The translations under genes and the position numbers were made by a program. The notes beneath the pieces are model-generated. The model was not told the origin of the DNA, did not search any database, and saw only the letters and a program-made list of their open reading frames with translations. A DNA stretch of 63,683 nucleotides, counting the filler, from Sluysia triapertura (Eukaryota), in assembly GCA_046118255.1 (NCBI GenBank). It is 5 parts of 5 records of this genome, joined end to end, with 100 filler letters (N's around TTAATTAATTAA, not from the genome) between each part and the next. Parts side by side here need not be neighbours in the genome. Positions count along the whole stretch, not along the records: positions 40,754 to 52,775 come from JBJNIA010146832.1; positions 52,876 to 63,683 come from JBJNIA010193205.1; 3 more parts are not named here. One strand, 5' to 3'. Of the stretch, positions 48,308-62,142 are shown piece after piece; within the stretch, counting starts at the first letter, position 1, and each line of letters starts with the position of its first letter.

Positions 48308-49622
48308 CACCATCTTATTTTATTATTATTTTATACAAAATGCGTTTACAATATTTACGTGGAGGGATAAGAAGAATGGATAAAAGTAATTTGAAATTTT
48401 ATTTCAATATTTTGGTTTATTTGTGAAAAATTTGCCAAATTGTGATATAGTATTTTACATTTAATGTTTTAATATTACAATGCTTAGAAGATTGTGGTTA
48501 GAATTTTAGGGTTTATTTTGTTCTGATGATCTGTAGTAAAACTTAGAGTTTCAGGTTGAACCACCACAAACGCAAACAATTATGAAGCAGAACTAATCGA
48601 TTAAAGCATTTGAATGCGAGAAAATGCGGCACAATGAAGTACTATTTCATTTACAAGTATTTAATTGCATTAACCTTTTCAAAATTTTATGTACATGTGA
48701 TCTTTGTTTGCTTTTTATGTATAAAATTTTACATATTTATTATATCTTAAATAAGGTAATTGAGCTTCCGAAAATCCGAATAATAATGTTTGCATTATTT
48801 AAAAATAAACATAGATTTTTTATAAATAACAAAAGTATCAGAGTCAGTATTCGTGTTGAAATTAGCAGCAAACGAAACTAGTCTCATAGCGAATTTTAAA
48901 TATAATGAACTATTGCTAAATGATAAAATTCATGAAGATATAATGTTTAACATAGAGCATAAAGACGTTTATAAACGATTATCTAATATAACTTACAATA
49001 ATCATAAATAATGTAAGATCTTGAATAAAAACATCCTCTTTCATTCAAAAACTATAATCCGACTTGATTACGTGCAGATAATCGCATAATCACATTAATG
49101 TATTCCATCCTTATTATTGCACTAAAAAGAACATTCGGCATCATGATGAAACCGTCCATGATCTGAATAACATAAGAAATATTAGTTTAGACTCATTCAT
49201 CAACATACTCATCACACAAATTAACATTTTCACAAAAGTGAATAAATTAAATGTAAAATGTGCAAATGACTATTTAGTGATCTAAGAATGTGTGATTACA
49301 ATTGCTAAATCTTTAATGAGTTGCAAAGCAATGGTGTGATGATAAGATAGCAAAATTAAACATTATGAATTTAGCTACTACACGAGCCTCTTTGAAGACT
49401 CGGAGCAATGATATCAATGAATTTTATAAAGTTATATTTTCATGTTACATATGCCATATTTGCTGAGAATGGTTGCCTTATTACTAAACATGAAGCTTTT
49501 CTTTTATATATTATAATCAAATATAGACTAAATTCTAAGTGCTTAATACATCGTTATATTATGTCCGCGCTTTATATAAAAATAACTTGTGAAAGAAACT
49601 ATGCATTTGTGAAATATATATT

Positions 49623-50210
49623 TGCTAGGTTATCATCACAATCCTTTAAAAAATACAAAAACAGCTATAACAACCAACTTACAATATTAATATATCTTAA
49701 TTTCTCAAAAATAAATCTTAATTTCTTAAAAATAAATCTTATTTTCTAAAAAAAGAAACTAAAAATAGAAAAGTTTCTAGAATGTTATAGAACATTCTAG
49801 AATTTTACTTGCTTATGATTGGTTGCTAGCTTATATAAATAGCTGCAGCTAATCATAAAGAAAACACAATATTAAATACAATTTCAACTCATTAATATAA
49901 AGACAATCTTCTACGCCATTTTTTCTTAGCACAGTACCAGTGGTTTTTCTATCTATTTGTTGATAAAATTAAGTGCTTCTCCAAATCAATTAAACGATTT
50001 CTTTGGCAGGACAACATGACTAATTTCAAATTATTTATTTCAATCCATGAATATAGAAAGTTGCTTTTGTTAAGAAGTTTTTATTTTCCCCGAGTAAGTA
50101 AAAATATTAAAATCTTACTAAAAATTGTTGACATGTAATGAGGGAAATAATCTATAACTAAATTCATAGTAATAAATTAAATATCCTATTCGGATTTTAA
50201 TTTTAAATTA
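49623..50210 (+). mobile_element. LTR-like repeat family B copy with HSE array, CCAAT box and TATA box
   Basis: TTCtaGAAtgTTAtaGAAcaTTCtaGAA (49775-49802), ATTGG (49818-49822), TATATAAATA (49832-49841). The start TGCTAGGTT..ACAATCCTTT matches the reverse complement of 610-634. Confidence 0.6.
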
Positions 50211-52390
50211 TTAATTTAATTTTCTTTTTGTACTTTATTTACGTTGTACAAATTTTTCTTTTGTAATTCAATATATCTTAAGTTCCTAATTTGTCCTTAA
50301 TCTAATCAACACTAATTTCATTGATAATTTACAAACATATCACTAACAAGCGGTGAAACCTATAAAATTAACTAAAATCAGATTGATTAAATTGAATAGA
50401 AAGTTAAAAGACACTCTAATTTACGTTAAGGAGAATAATTATTCAAATAGTACTTATTGTTATAAGAATTTTTATTAAATTTGCATTAAGATTTGCTTAA
50501 GTGTAGTTACAGGAACGCCCTCTTTGCGACATATGACGTTTACTGTAACCGGACCCTACTAAATTTTATATTGCCGTAAGCAAGTATTAAGAAAACAACA
50601 GCATTATGATTTCTTTCTAAAAGTAACTTTTGACATTTGGTTAAATTTAATATTTTATAAATTAAAATTAAAATTATTTTTGTCTTTAATTAAAATCAAT
50701 AAATAAAACCAAATCACAAAATATATATATAATCAATTGATAAATAGAAAATAAATTTTATTTTTAAAAATTAACATACATAATTTATTATGTTTCTCGT
50801 CATAGAACTTTGAAAAATTTTATTAAAATAATATTTTAATATTAAAAAACATTTCTATAAATTTTAGAATGTAAATTGTACGCAATAATATAATAAATTT
50901 AACATATTTTTGTACAACTCATTTAATTGTAATTGATAATATGAATAATTTAAAATAAATTAATAACTTAATTCAATGATAATTAATAAAGCTTAAAACT
51001 TTTTAATAGTATAATGGTTTTAAAAATACAATTAATTTTTTTTACAAAATTCATTAAATGATTTGTAATCAAAATATTTTATAAATATTTAAATAATTTG
51101 CTACTTATCTTAAAATCATATACAATACAAGCAATTGGTTATCATAATTATACTTCCTAAAAGAAATAGAAAAATTACATTTGCAATAATCTTTATTGTA
51201 AGTTTTATAATAGTCACTAAATTTACAACTAAATTTACAACTAGATATGTCAAATAAGGAAAGGGTAAGTAAATAATTTTATATTTTAAAAATCAGATAG
51301 AGTAATGTCAGCAAGAAAATGTCAAACTTAAAGCTTAAACATGTTTTAAATAGTATAATTAAGATCTTGAAAGTTAGGTCATATAAAATATTTTATTACA
51401 AATTCTATTCTTTAATAAAAAAATGTATATTAAAAATAGTAATAAAAAATAATAGAATAATAAAAGTTAAAAAATTACTAATAATATCAATAATTACGGA
51501 AATTATTAAAATTAATAATAATAGTTCAATATGTAATTATTAATAGTAGTAATAATAATAATAATTATTGTTATACAATATTGCCTTTACACTAAACTAA
51601 TTGAACTTGAAACTAATAAAATTACAAAAATGAAAGAAATGAAATCTCTAGTGAAATTACAAATGATTTCTGGTCACAGTGTAGAAATGGTAAAATTATT
51701 TTATTTTAGAATTTTAATTTTATGCTTTTTATTAACCCAGTTGATAAAAAAAGAAAAATTTGTAATTGAATTACAACTTGAATGAAAATTGAAACAATCA
51801 ATAAAAAAGGATTTTAATTTTTCAAATTCGAATATAACAAACATATAATTTTGACTAAATGTAGTTTCATTGTTAAAAAATTGATTATAGGTAACAGGCA
51901 CAATAATTCAAAAATAAATTGATATTGAATGCACAAGTGTCAAATAACGTTTTCGAAAATGATAAACAAAATAAGCTGTTTTTGATTTATAGTTTATCAT
52001 TGTTATTTTTTAGAAATACTTTAAACCTGTTCAAAGTCAATAAAAGAATTGCATGGCCTAAAAAAGTGGCCACTATAATATTGCTAACATAAGACCTCCT
52101 ATAAATTCTCAAGGTATTTATGATAGATATGATTATAATAAACTGTTATAATCAAACAAACACGAGTAATCGCACATGTTTTTCTGATAGAAATAAACAT
52201 ACAATTGCTTGTTCACTCCACAGCTGCATTTTGGGAAATAATAATGATAATAATATTAATTAAAAAATTAAAATAATTATTTACAAAATATTATCTACTT
52301 ATTAATGTAAGTGGATAATAGAATATGAATAATAAAATTATTTTTGAAAATATTTTAAAATTTATTTTAAATTTACTAAACCATTAGTGT

Positions 52391-52490
52391 ACGTATGTTA
52401 GATACATCTAAAATTTAAATTAATGGTCAAAATAGACGTATGTTAGATACATCTAAAATTTAAATTAATGGTCAAAATAGACGAATGCTA
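52391..52490. repeat. Tandem duplication, 45-bp unit x2 plus a partial third
   Basis: ACGTATGTTAGATACATCTAAAATTTAAATTAATGGTCAAAATAG occurs exactly at 52391 and 52436. Confidence 0.9.
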
Positions 52491-52775
52491 CATATATTCT
52501 ATTATTTATAAAATTTAATTCAAAAAAATTATAAGATTGTTAAATAAATAAATTTTTGTCACCCAAAAAGTATTAATTTTAAACACAAAATGTGAACTAA
52601 ATTGATTGGTAAAGAATCAGTATAAAAGCTTATTCTTGGTCATTACAATTTCATAAATGTAGGGACCTCATCACATAAAAACATTTCACATATGCACAAA
52701 TTATTAAACAAATTACTAAACTCATTCAAAAAACAAACATGATCATCGCATCTAATTATCATGAACTACCGCTAT

Positions 52776-52875
52776 NNNNNNNNNNNNNNNNNNNNNNNNN
52801 NNNNNNNNNNNNNNNNNNNTTAATTAATTAANNNNNNNNNNNNNNNNNNNNNNNNNNNNNNNNNNNNNNNNNNNN
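52776..52875. other. Artificial contig spacer
   Basis: 44 N + TTAATTAATTAA + 44 N. Confidence 0.97.
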
Positions 52876-54975
52876 TGTGATAGATTTTCATTTGTTTTTA
52901 GCAGTCGTTAACAATTTCGTCTTTCAGACAATTGTTATTTTGTAGATTACTTAAAATATATTAGTGTTGTTGTTTTTGACTTCATTATTGACTAATAATA
53001 GTAATAATAATAATAATATTGACTATCGACTTTATTCGACCACTAGAAAAGATTTATCGCTGTAATAAAATATTGTTGACAATTTCTATTATTAATTTCA
53101 TATTTGCTAATAATAATTCTTTTAGTATTCTAATATAATATCCCAACAATTTTATTCATATAATTTTATTATTTATTCACATGGACACAATTTTATCTAT
53201 TATTTTATTATTAACAATTTTATTCATTCTTTTTATTTAAATATTATTTTTATTATACAAATTAAATTAATAAACATTATAAACTGAAATAGATTTCAAA
53301 AAATTATAAAGAAATAAATTTCAAAAACTTTTGTTTAAATAAATCAATTGATAGGATTTGTTGATTAATTAATTAAAAATATCACGTAGGCAAATATGGA
53401 GAATAAAAAGATGTATAAATACAACAGAAATTAAGCTAAATGACAATAATAATTACGGTACAATATTTTTACAAGAGAAAATAATTCGTCAGAAGATACT
53501 GGGAATCTCCTAAATCCATGCAGAAGTAATATTTTTATTAAGTTTAAACTAAACCCTAATTTTAAGAACATAGGGTATTTAAAATCATCACTCAAAATCA
53601 TTTTATTTAATCCTATACCGTAACTGGCTAGATCAAAATCTCTATAAAATCAAATTTTTCCACGATAAACACTAGGCTTAAGTCAGTAAAATATTTATTT
53701 ATATTATAGCGATTTTATTTTCTTTTGTAATATTGCTATTTAATATTGCTATTTTGTAATATTGCTATTTTGTAATATCTTCTATTTAATAAAGTTATTA
53801 TTCATCTAAATTTGTTAATATTGTTATTAAAAATCATTCATATTTGGCCAGACCGTAAAAAGGCTGAAATCAAAAAATGATTATCATACCGTAAGAAGGC
53901 TGTCTTAACCTACTCATATAGACGTAACTTATATAAACGTAAACTTAGATAATTTTTGACAATTTTTTTTGTATAACACACCTAAGTTACTTGAAGTGGT
54001 TCTCTATTTTGTCTGCAAATCTAATTAGGACGTCTTCGTTCTGATTTAAATCGTGCCTAATTGGTCGAACTGACCTTCGGAAATATTTTGCTAGTTAAAA
54101 TATTAGTTAAGATTAAAACATTCGCAATTATATTATGTAACATTGTATTGTGCAACATAGTGCTCGAGTATTTAACAAGAAAATTATTAATATAGCATAA
54201 AAATAAATGCATTTTATGACAATTCATGTATTGTATTCATTGCTATTTTAATTAAATACTTCAACGAACGAATCATTTTAATTTCAATCTATTATAATGA
54301 CTCAATAAATTAAAATTATAATTAACGCAATTAAATATAAATCAACACAATGCAATAAAAATACGTTTAATAAATTGTAACTATGTGAAGTATTAGAAAC
54401 ATGCAGATGAAATAAAATAATAATGTGAAAGTTGTCACTACGCTAAAAGAGTAACTTTATCAAGTGTAAGTAATCAGATTCTTAAAAATAAATTTATTCA
54501 AGTGCAACATTTAAATACAATTAAAAACATTCATCAATATTAATTTTTTGCATTATTATATAGAAAAATTCTCTTTAGTAGTTTATCAAATCGTATGCTT
54601 TCTATTAACGCAATCAAACTAAAATTATGTACATTTGAATTATTCGTATAAAATATTCACGAAAATATACATAAAATACAAAATATCATCGAAGAACAAA
54701 CATTACAATATATAAATTTAAATGTTTAAGATGTGATATTTCTAAATTATTTTGTACAAATTTAGAAAACAATGTTCCTAATGCTTCATCGTTTAATCAA
54801 AATTAAAATAGATAAAACATTTAATAATTAAAAAATAGTTTTTAATAAGATAATAAATAATTATTATATTAAAAGTTTATTTATTCAATATTGTTTAATT
54901 GAACAATTTATGATAAGAAGGTGTATAAATATTAGTTTAAATTCATTAGTATTTTTTAAACATAATATTTCCATA

Positions 54976-55957
54976 ATGGCTTCGAAAGATAGTTGGAAAA
55001 ATGCGAAGTCGATTTATGAATTTAATGCACTTGATATTGACGGTCAAGATGTTTCACTATCAAAATATAAGTAACAAATCTTAGAAAAATAATTTTATTT
55101 TAGAGGCGAGGTGTGCTTGATTGTAAATGTTGCAACTAATTGAGGGTTAACTAATTTAAATTATACTCAGCTTGAGGAGTTGTACAAACTTCTCGCTGAT
55201 AAAGGATTGCGAATTCTTGCATTTCCTTGCAATCAATTTGGCAATCAAGTGAGTTTTAATTTAATGTACAAATATATCGTTTTCGAATGAATTTATTGCT
55301 GAATTTGGATAAATTCATTTTTATTCGAGACAAGGGGAACGATAAATTTGTAATTATGTTATCACAAAATTTTTAATAAATAACGTAGATATTCAGAATC
55401 TTAAAAGTTTAAAATGATCCCAAAGAATAAAAGTTAGTGCAATTTTAAAATGTAATTAGAGGCAACTAAATCAGCATTGACGATTAACTAATTAAGTGAT
55501 ATATATGTAAGAAGATGCAAGGTCTAATGAAGTTGATATGTGTGGAGTGAGATTATTGATATGCTTAAGTTAGCAAAATGTTTTTGTCTCGTGTTCTGTG
55601 AATTTTAGTATGATGGCTATAAATAGCTCCCAAAGAATGTCACATCATTTATTTCAAAAGGAACAAAATAACTTACAAAAATTACGTATTTTTAGTACCT
55701 TAGAGTACTTATTATCATAATAGGTATTAGCGCTAAGTACTTTCTAATCTGCTATGATTATTTGAATCTATTTTAGATGTTATTCATTTTCATTTCATTA
55801 ATTTTTAGGAGCCTGGTACAAATGAAGAAATAAAAAAATTTGCCACAGAAAAGTTTGGTGTGACTTTTGATATGTTTAGTAAAGTGAATGTCAATGGAAA
55901 CGATGCTATTCCTTTGTATAAATATTTAAAAAGTCAACAACACGGATTTTTAGTAGA
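54976..55957 (+). CDS. GPX4: Selenocysteine-type phospholipid hydroperoxide glutathione peroxidase (GPx4-like), first three exons
   Basis: Exons 54976-55070, 55104-55248 and 55809-55957 encode [45 protein letters not shown](TGA 55141-55143)[10 protein letters not shown]...[17 protein letters not shown]...[11 protein letters not shown]...[14 protein letters not shown]. Splice sites are GT-AG and in phase. The WNF exon and SECIS were not found in the window. Confidence 0.93.
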
Positions 55958-56057
55958 GTTAGTTTTATTATATTTATCATTGACATTGATAAAAGAGGGC
56001 GAGTTTTGTTCATTTCATGTGACAATTATCTATGAAATTAGATGTGTTTGTTTTTGT

Positions 56058-58396
56058 GAGACAATCCTGTTCATTATGAACATCCAGTTGCTTAACAATA
56101 ACAAAGATTTCTAGAAAAATTGTATTATACAATTTATTTTCCTTGAATTTCGCCAATCAAATCCCATATTTCGTTTACCTTATCAGGAATATTAGCTTGA
56201 AGGTATTTTTCAAGTTTTTTTGCTTACTCAGACTTCGTATCTTGTTATTACTGTATCTTCAACAGAATCATCATTTGTTTCCTCTTTTTCATACTTCTCT
56301 ACTAGATCGAATAAGAGATGTTCATCAAATTTTGGATTAATCTCAAAACATGGAAAATCATCACATTCAGCATTCACTTCTTTAACATACGCATATTCGA
56401 AACACTTGATAAAACAATTAGAGATAGTCGCTGGTTTTACACTATTCCATGCTTTTGTAATCCAAACCACTGCTTGATACAAATCAGCCTTTTTGCACCA
56501 TATCTCTTGTTTAACATTATTGTAATGAATTATACATACCAAACATTGTAATGAATTATACGTATTATACACACATTATGATTTGATTTATGAACTGGTT
56601 TATGAATTATTATATTAACGTTGTTAATTTGTGAATTATTGATTTTTTTTAATTTTGGAATTTTATAAATAATTGATCTTTTAATTACTGATTTTGGATA
56701 ATTTATTGATTTTTAATTACAAAAACTAACGTAATTTAATTATATTTAATTATTAATTAAATATAAATTTTATATAAATTTTTAAAAGTTAATTTTAATT
56801 TAGTTTTATAATTAAAATAATTGTTTAAATTAAAATAATTTGTTTTAATCTGGCCAAGGTCCGATTAAACAACTATAAATAGTGGTGTAATTTGTTAAAC
56901 AGTTCCACAATTCGTATTATCAGTTTTTGAGACAAAATTTGTTTTGAATTTGACATAACACTTTCAAAACTTTTTGGAGCCATTTGCTGGATACTTTTTA
57001 TCGAATTTTAAAAATAATTACGTTAGTTTATTTGTGTTAGGATCGGATGTACATTTAAAATATATATACGAAAATATACTAAAAAACATTTTAATATATC
57101 TCCACTAAAATACTATTGACTCAGGAATTAACTTAATTCCTCGTAAATTATCATATATTTTATACTGTAAATTCCTTTATTTTTGTATTTAATAAAATTT
57201 TAAGTAATCGTTCAAAAAAATCAGTAATCAGAAATTAATAACGTCAATATAATAATTCATAAACCAGTTCATAAATCAAATCATAATGTGTATATAATAC
57301 GTATAATTCATTACATTATTATCTAAATTAAAAATCATTGTCATGCTCAAAAACTTCTTAAAACTTTTTATAATACTTTGGTTAAGAGGTTGAATAAGAC
57401 ATGATGTATTTGGTGGGAAAAATAATAATTCGATGTTGCTCAATTCGAAGTCTTTTGGTCGAATAGGTGCAGTGTCTAACAATAATAAAATTTTTCGCTC
57501 CTCTGCTTTCATTATGCTGTTCAAATCTTTTAATCAATCTTCAAAAATTGTTAACGGTAATAAACGGGTAGTTTTTTCGATCTTCCTAACACTAGAGGTT
57601 TTAACTTTTCTTGTAACATATTTACTCCCAAGAGTATAGTAATTCGATCTTTAGAAAAATTACCATTTGCCTTATCCTCTTTAGAAATTGTATATGTTCT
57701 GTTTAATAAACATTGTCAGAATGGTCCGGTCTCGTCACAATTATAAACATTTCTACATTCATATTCTTTTAACTTTGACATATACAATTCCTTAAAATAC
57801 CTTTAATCCACAGTTTTTGATCCCATATAATTCTTTTGGACGATATCATATGCTTGGCAAGAAAATAATTAAGCTAACCGTTTGATGCTTTAAAATCATG
57901 ATTTCCTAAGTGCTAATTCTAACGACTCTGTTGTAATATATCACCACTAATACTGATATTTCTTGTTCTCTAAATCTGGAACAATTCATACAGAATGGCA
58001 TCAACTTGATATCTGCTTCTTAAATATGTTTTTCTTTTCTGTTTGATATTCAAGTTTGACTTCAAAATGGAGTCCCTAGATTTCATAAGATTGTATTTTG
58101 ATGAAAGAAAGCGTTGAGAACAAATAATTTTACCAATTTCTGTTTCTCCTCGATGCTTAAATCCTTTCTCTTTCGTTTCGGATTTGTATTTTTCATGTTT
58201 ATAAAAGACAGTTAAAATGAATATTTATACAAAAAAATGGGAAATTATTAATTTGTTTTAATTTATTAATTTATTTAATTATTCTTCATTGTTAATATTA
58301 TAAAACTCAATTTTCCACGAAAACCATATGGTTTTCAATAATTTTTGACTTAAATCTTCATACTAAACTCTGTTCATATTAAGCAGGGTTTACAGC
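56058..58396 (-). mobile_element. Decayed Tigger/pogo DNA transposon in GPx intron 3
   Basis: Minus-strand fragments in the expected order: KRKRKDLSIEEK (HTH), FKASNG*L (CENP-B HTH), VYNCDETG, KILLLLD...LLFFPPNTSCLIQPLNQSIIKSFK, AWNSVKPATISNCF. Degenerate TIRs at ~56060-56080 and ~58373-58395. Confidence 0.85.
56521..57315. mobile_element. Non-autonomous TIR element (TGT...ACA ends, 4-bp TSD; Ginger-like) nested in the Tigger transposase
   Basis: ~75-bp inverted repeats (56547-56621 vs 57240-57315, 2 mismatches) and TTAT on both flanks (56517-56520, 57316-57319). Removing the element rejoins the Tigger frame as NLDNNVKQEIW. Confidence 0.85.
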
Positions 58397-58482
58397 TATT
58401 TTTCACAAATTATTTTTACATTATTTATTTAAACTATTAAGCAAAATCTGTTTTTTCTCATAAAACTTGTTTATCACATAAA

Positions 58483-58550
<68 letters not shown>

Positions 58551-60559
58551 GGCTTATTAATTTATCATGATTCCGATAATAGTTCCCCTTTCTGAAGAAT
58601 TTGTCAACAAATATAAGATATTAGTGAGAGTCATAAAAATAAGCAAAAGAATCTTAAATCGACAATAGTATAATTAATAGTAATCGTCATTAAAGGCACA
58701 GGAATAAATCGTTGAGCCAAAATCTAAGTCCACTGGTAAGTCATCGGAGTGGGTTGGACATCCGGTGTGAAAATCGACGTGATGATAAGATAACCGGAGT
58801 GGTGATTGATGATCCTGAATGAGGGAGCTATAATGAACATGTTCGGTGTAAGGTGAGGAGTTGGTTATATAATAAAATAAAAGACTTTAATGTACTGTTT
58901 ATATAGCTATATGAATGAATATTATTATATTAAAAAGAAATTTCTTCCCCTACTCAAAGATTTTAATAAGATTTTTATATGAGCATTAGACTAGTTGATT
59001 TTAATCCTTAAACTTAAGGAGAAATCTTATGTAAATAAAACTTACGAAATCAAGCAAAAGTATTTATGAATTAGCAACTGAATTTCCACGCAATAGTTTT
59101 ATCCCAATCACGTTGATGAATAATACGCAAAATTATCCCATTCAGAATATTCAACGAATTCAAATATATGGCATTCTCCAAAAGCAGTTGTAATCTTGAC
59201 CAAATTTTCTAAGTATTTTAAATAACAGTGTATTGAATCTTTTGTTCGTAAATCATTTGTCCGTCAGTTTCGTATTATCCTTAAAGCTTTTAATGTGTAT
59301 TTGTTATTATTGTTGTTGAATCAATTATAGCGTTAACAATGCTTTTATAGTTTTAATGTGATACATCCTATAAAATTAATGTCATTTTTATTTTCTTTAG
59401 TAGGCGTTAAAGTTTAAGGACCTTGACAATATTCAAACTTTTTTGATGATTCAAAGATTTAATAGAAACATAATTTGTTCAATTTTATTTGATATAATAT
59501 CTTCGAGTTATTTCATGAAATTCTGATTTGGAAATACATTTTTATGAATTGTAAAAAAAATAATTCATTAAAGTTTCCATGATTAACCAAAAACAGCATA
59601 TTTTAAGCTGGTTTTAAAGAATTGGCACGAACACCTAGTGCTTTAAAGTTCACATAAGTTTGAGAGAGCTTATTAGTAGATTATAATGTATTAGTTTTTA
59701 TCATCTTAAGTTCAATTTGGTATTAGTAAATTGGAAATTGATTTAAGATAAATAGTAAGTTTATTTTAATCAGAAAGATTAAGTAAGATCAGATATTACT
59801 TAATCTGACATCCTACTATTATGTGTTGCATATCCGTGAAATTTCCAGGATACTATGTTTGGTGAACTCAAAATTTAAACCAACACAATCTAACATGGAT
59901 CTTATAAATAAAATCCAATACAGAGTCGAAACCTAACTCAAAATAAAGGAACAACAAATAACATATATGAAACACAAACACAATTTTTATAATACCATGC
60001 ACTTTAAAATGTCGCAGTTTATAAGCAAAATTTGTAACATTCATGTAACATCTATTTAAAATTATTGATATTATGCACATTGCTATTGTCGATGTCATTA
60101 CTGTGTTTTTGTTATTAACGTACTATTGTAACTGCTCCGTTTACTTTTTTGGTATTTTTCAACTCATGTAGGTACACATGTATATATCTTTTTGTATGAA
60201 TAATAAATTGTCAAAAACTATGACCAGAATAGAATCTTTTTTATACAGATTTTCATCAGTAGCTTCAGTTACATATCAAGTTGTAGATATGGTATCTTTG
60301 GATTTTACCTTTTGTAAAGGTGTAAAATTTTATTTTTATTCTTGTTTTTATATTTTATATTTTAGTTATATTTAATATTTTCGAAAATTGTAAAAAGTAT
60401 TAAAAAATTACAAAAGTTATAAATAAATTTTAATTAAAAGGAATCTAAATCATCAAAAAAATATTCGAGACAGAAAATTGTTTTAATGAATTAATTTTAA
60501 TATATGTATGTTAATATGTTAATATACGTATAATTGTATAAAGACAAACAAAGGATAAC

Positions 60560-61670
60560 AGACGCCATTGTTAATTTACCACTTCAATAATCGTTATTTC
60601 ACCATTTCTAACAGTCACCATTTCATCAATTAGCTTCAATTATTTGTTCAGTTTCTTCTTGGCAATAAACAACCTTAACGCATCATATCAATTACAAAAT
60701 GGAAATTAGATCTCGAGTATTCGATTAGAGAGATCTCAACTCCAAATCCTCTTCAATCAGATCAATTAATTAAACAAGAGACAGTCCCCTGATCTCGAAT
60801 ATTCGACTATCAATTATTACATTATTAATTAAATTAGTAAGTTTATTTTAAATAAAGTGAAAACATTCCTAATTTTCGGTTGGTCATTAGATCAATCACA
60901 AAATTATCATCTTTTACAAAATCTTTATCAGCATGTAGAGTCTTCGGGCTAGATCTTTTATTATAAATAATTTAATATCGTTATTATACTTGTTATTATT
61001 TAATTTCCGTCGTTTGTGTTCTCATTTTTATAAACTTATAGCTGTTTTATTTTAATCTTATTAAATTTATCAATTTTCTAATATAATAAATATTTAGACA
61101 TTTTTGAGTTTTAGCTTATTATAATTTCAACGTTAAATTTGTAACATAAATCGAATATATCTTCTTTACATTACAGGAAACTTAAAATTAGATTAATTTT
61201 TCATTGAAAGCAATTTGATTATTAACCTTTACACTGTAAACTCATTAATTCCTCAGAGGATCGAAAAACTAAATTCTATATATAGTTTCTATAAAATAAT
61301 ACATGCAAACTCGTAAAATTCACGATTATTATAGTAAGACTTAGTAAATAACCGCAGTTTTAAAGGTAAAAGAGAAATATGTCTTTATACGAATATTGTC
61401 AGCCTTATTCTTACATAGACTTAAATACAGACGCCCACGTTGGTCGTTGTTAGCTTTATATTTTATAAGTTATTCAGTTATCTGTTGACATAATCGACGA
61501 TTTTGTTTAAGTTAAGACAAGGAGTATTTTGATATAGTTAATTTTTTTAAATGGTTCTCACGTAATTTTACAGTTACGCCATTAGTAAGCCGTATACTCT
61601 AAACGAACTTAGAATAATAATTTATTTTGCTGATAATTAAGTCTCTTGTGTTAAGAAAAAGACCAGCACT
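60560..61670. repeat. Second copy of the ~1 kb composite repeat at 1280-2265
   Basis: Collinear shared blocks in the same orientation. Confidence 0.6.
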
Positions 61671-61832
61671 TAATTTATTTAGGAAACTAATACATTCACC
61701 ATTATTATCTGATCACATCATTTTTATGTCATATGAGACCCCAGTTCACACAAAATTAATTCAAATTTTTATCCCTCAAACAAGAAACATTTAATATTTC
61801 TTGTAATGAATTAAGTATAATATACATTATTA

Positions 61833-61972
61833 CAGTCAAACCTGTTTTGTGCAATATTTTTTTGATTGTTTTGCAAAACAAAATATTTTAAAGGTATTCT
61901 CGAAGTTTTGGAATATTTTATTTATGCGTTTTTATATGGTCCCTATCCCCCACATAAAAACAGGTTTGAGTG
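61833..61972. mobile_element. 140-bp Tc1/mariner-pogo-type MITE
   Basis: TIR CAGTCAAACCTGTTTT vs AAAACAGGTTTGAGTG (15/16), with TA on both flanks. Confidence 0.85.
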
Positions 61973-62099
61973 TAGTAATCATCGAATATGCCTCTAATTT
62001 AGTTGATTCTAAGATTTGATACACTTTAAAATTCGTATTTACATTTTTGTAATAAAAATTTCGAATTATTACGCATACAACCAGTGGCTTTATTATTTA

Positions 62100-62142
<43 letters not shown>

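Noticed and set aside
52391-52490. CRISPR-like array
   Set aside because: Units are directly adjacent with no spacers, there are only two full copies, and the context is eukaryotic.
55958-56114. C-terminal part of ORF 55860-56114 as the GPx C-terminus
   Set aside because: Similarity stops at the GTTAGT donor (55958); the remainder is intron read-through and lacks the WNF motif.
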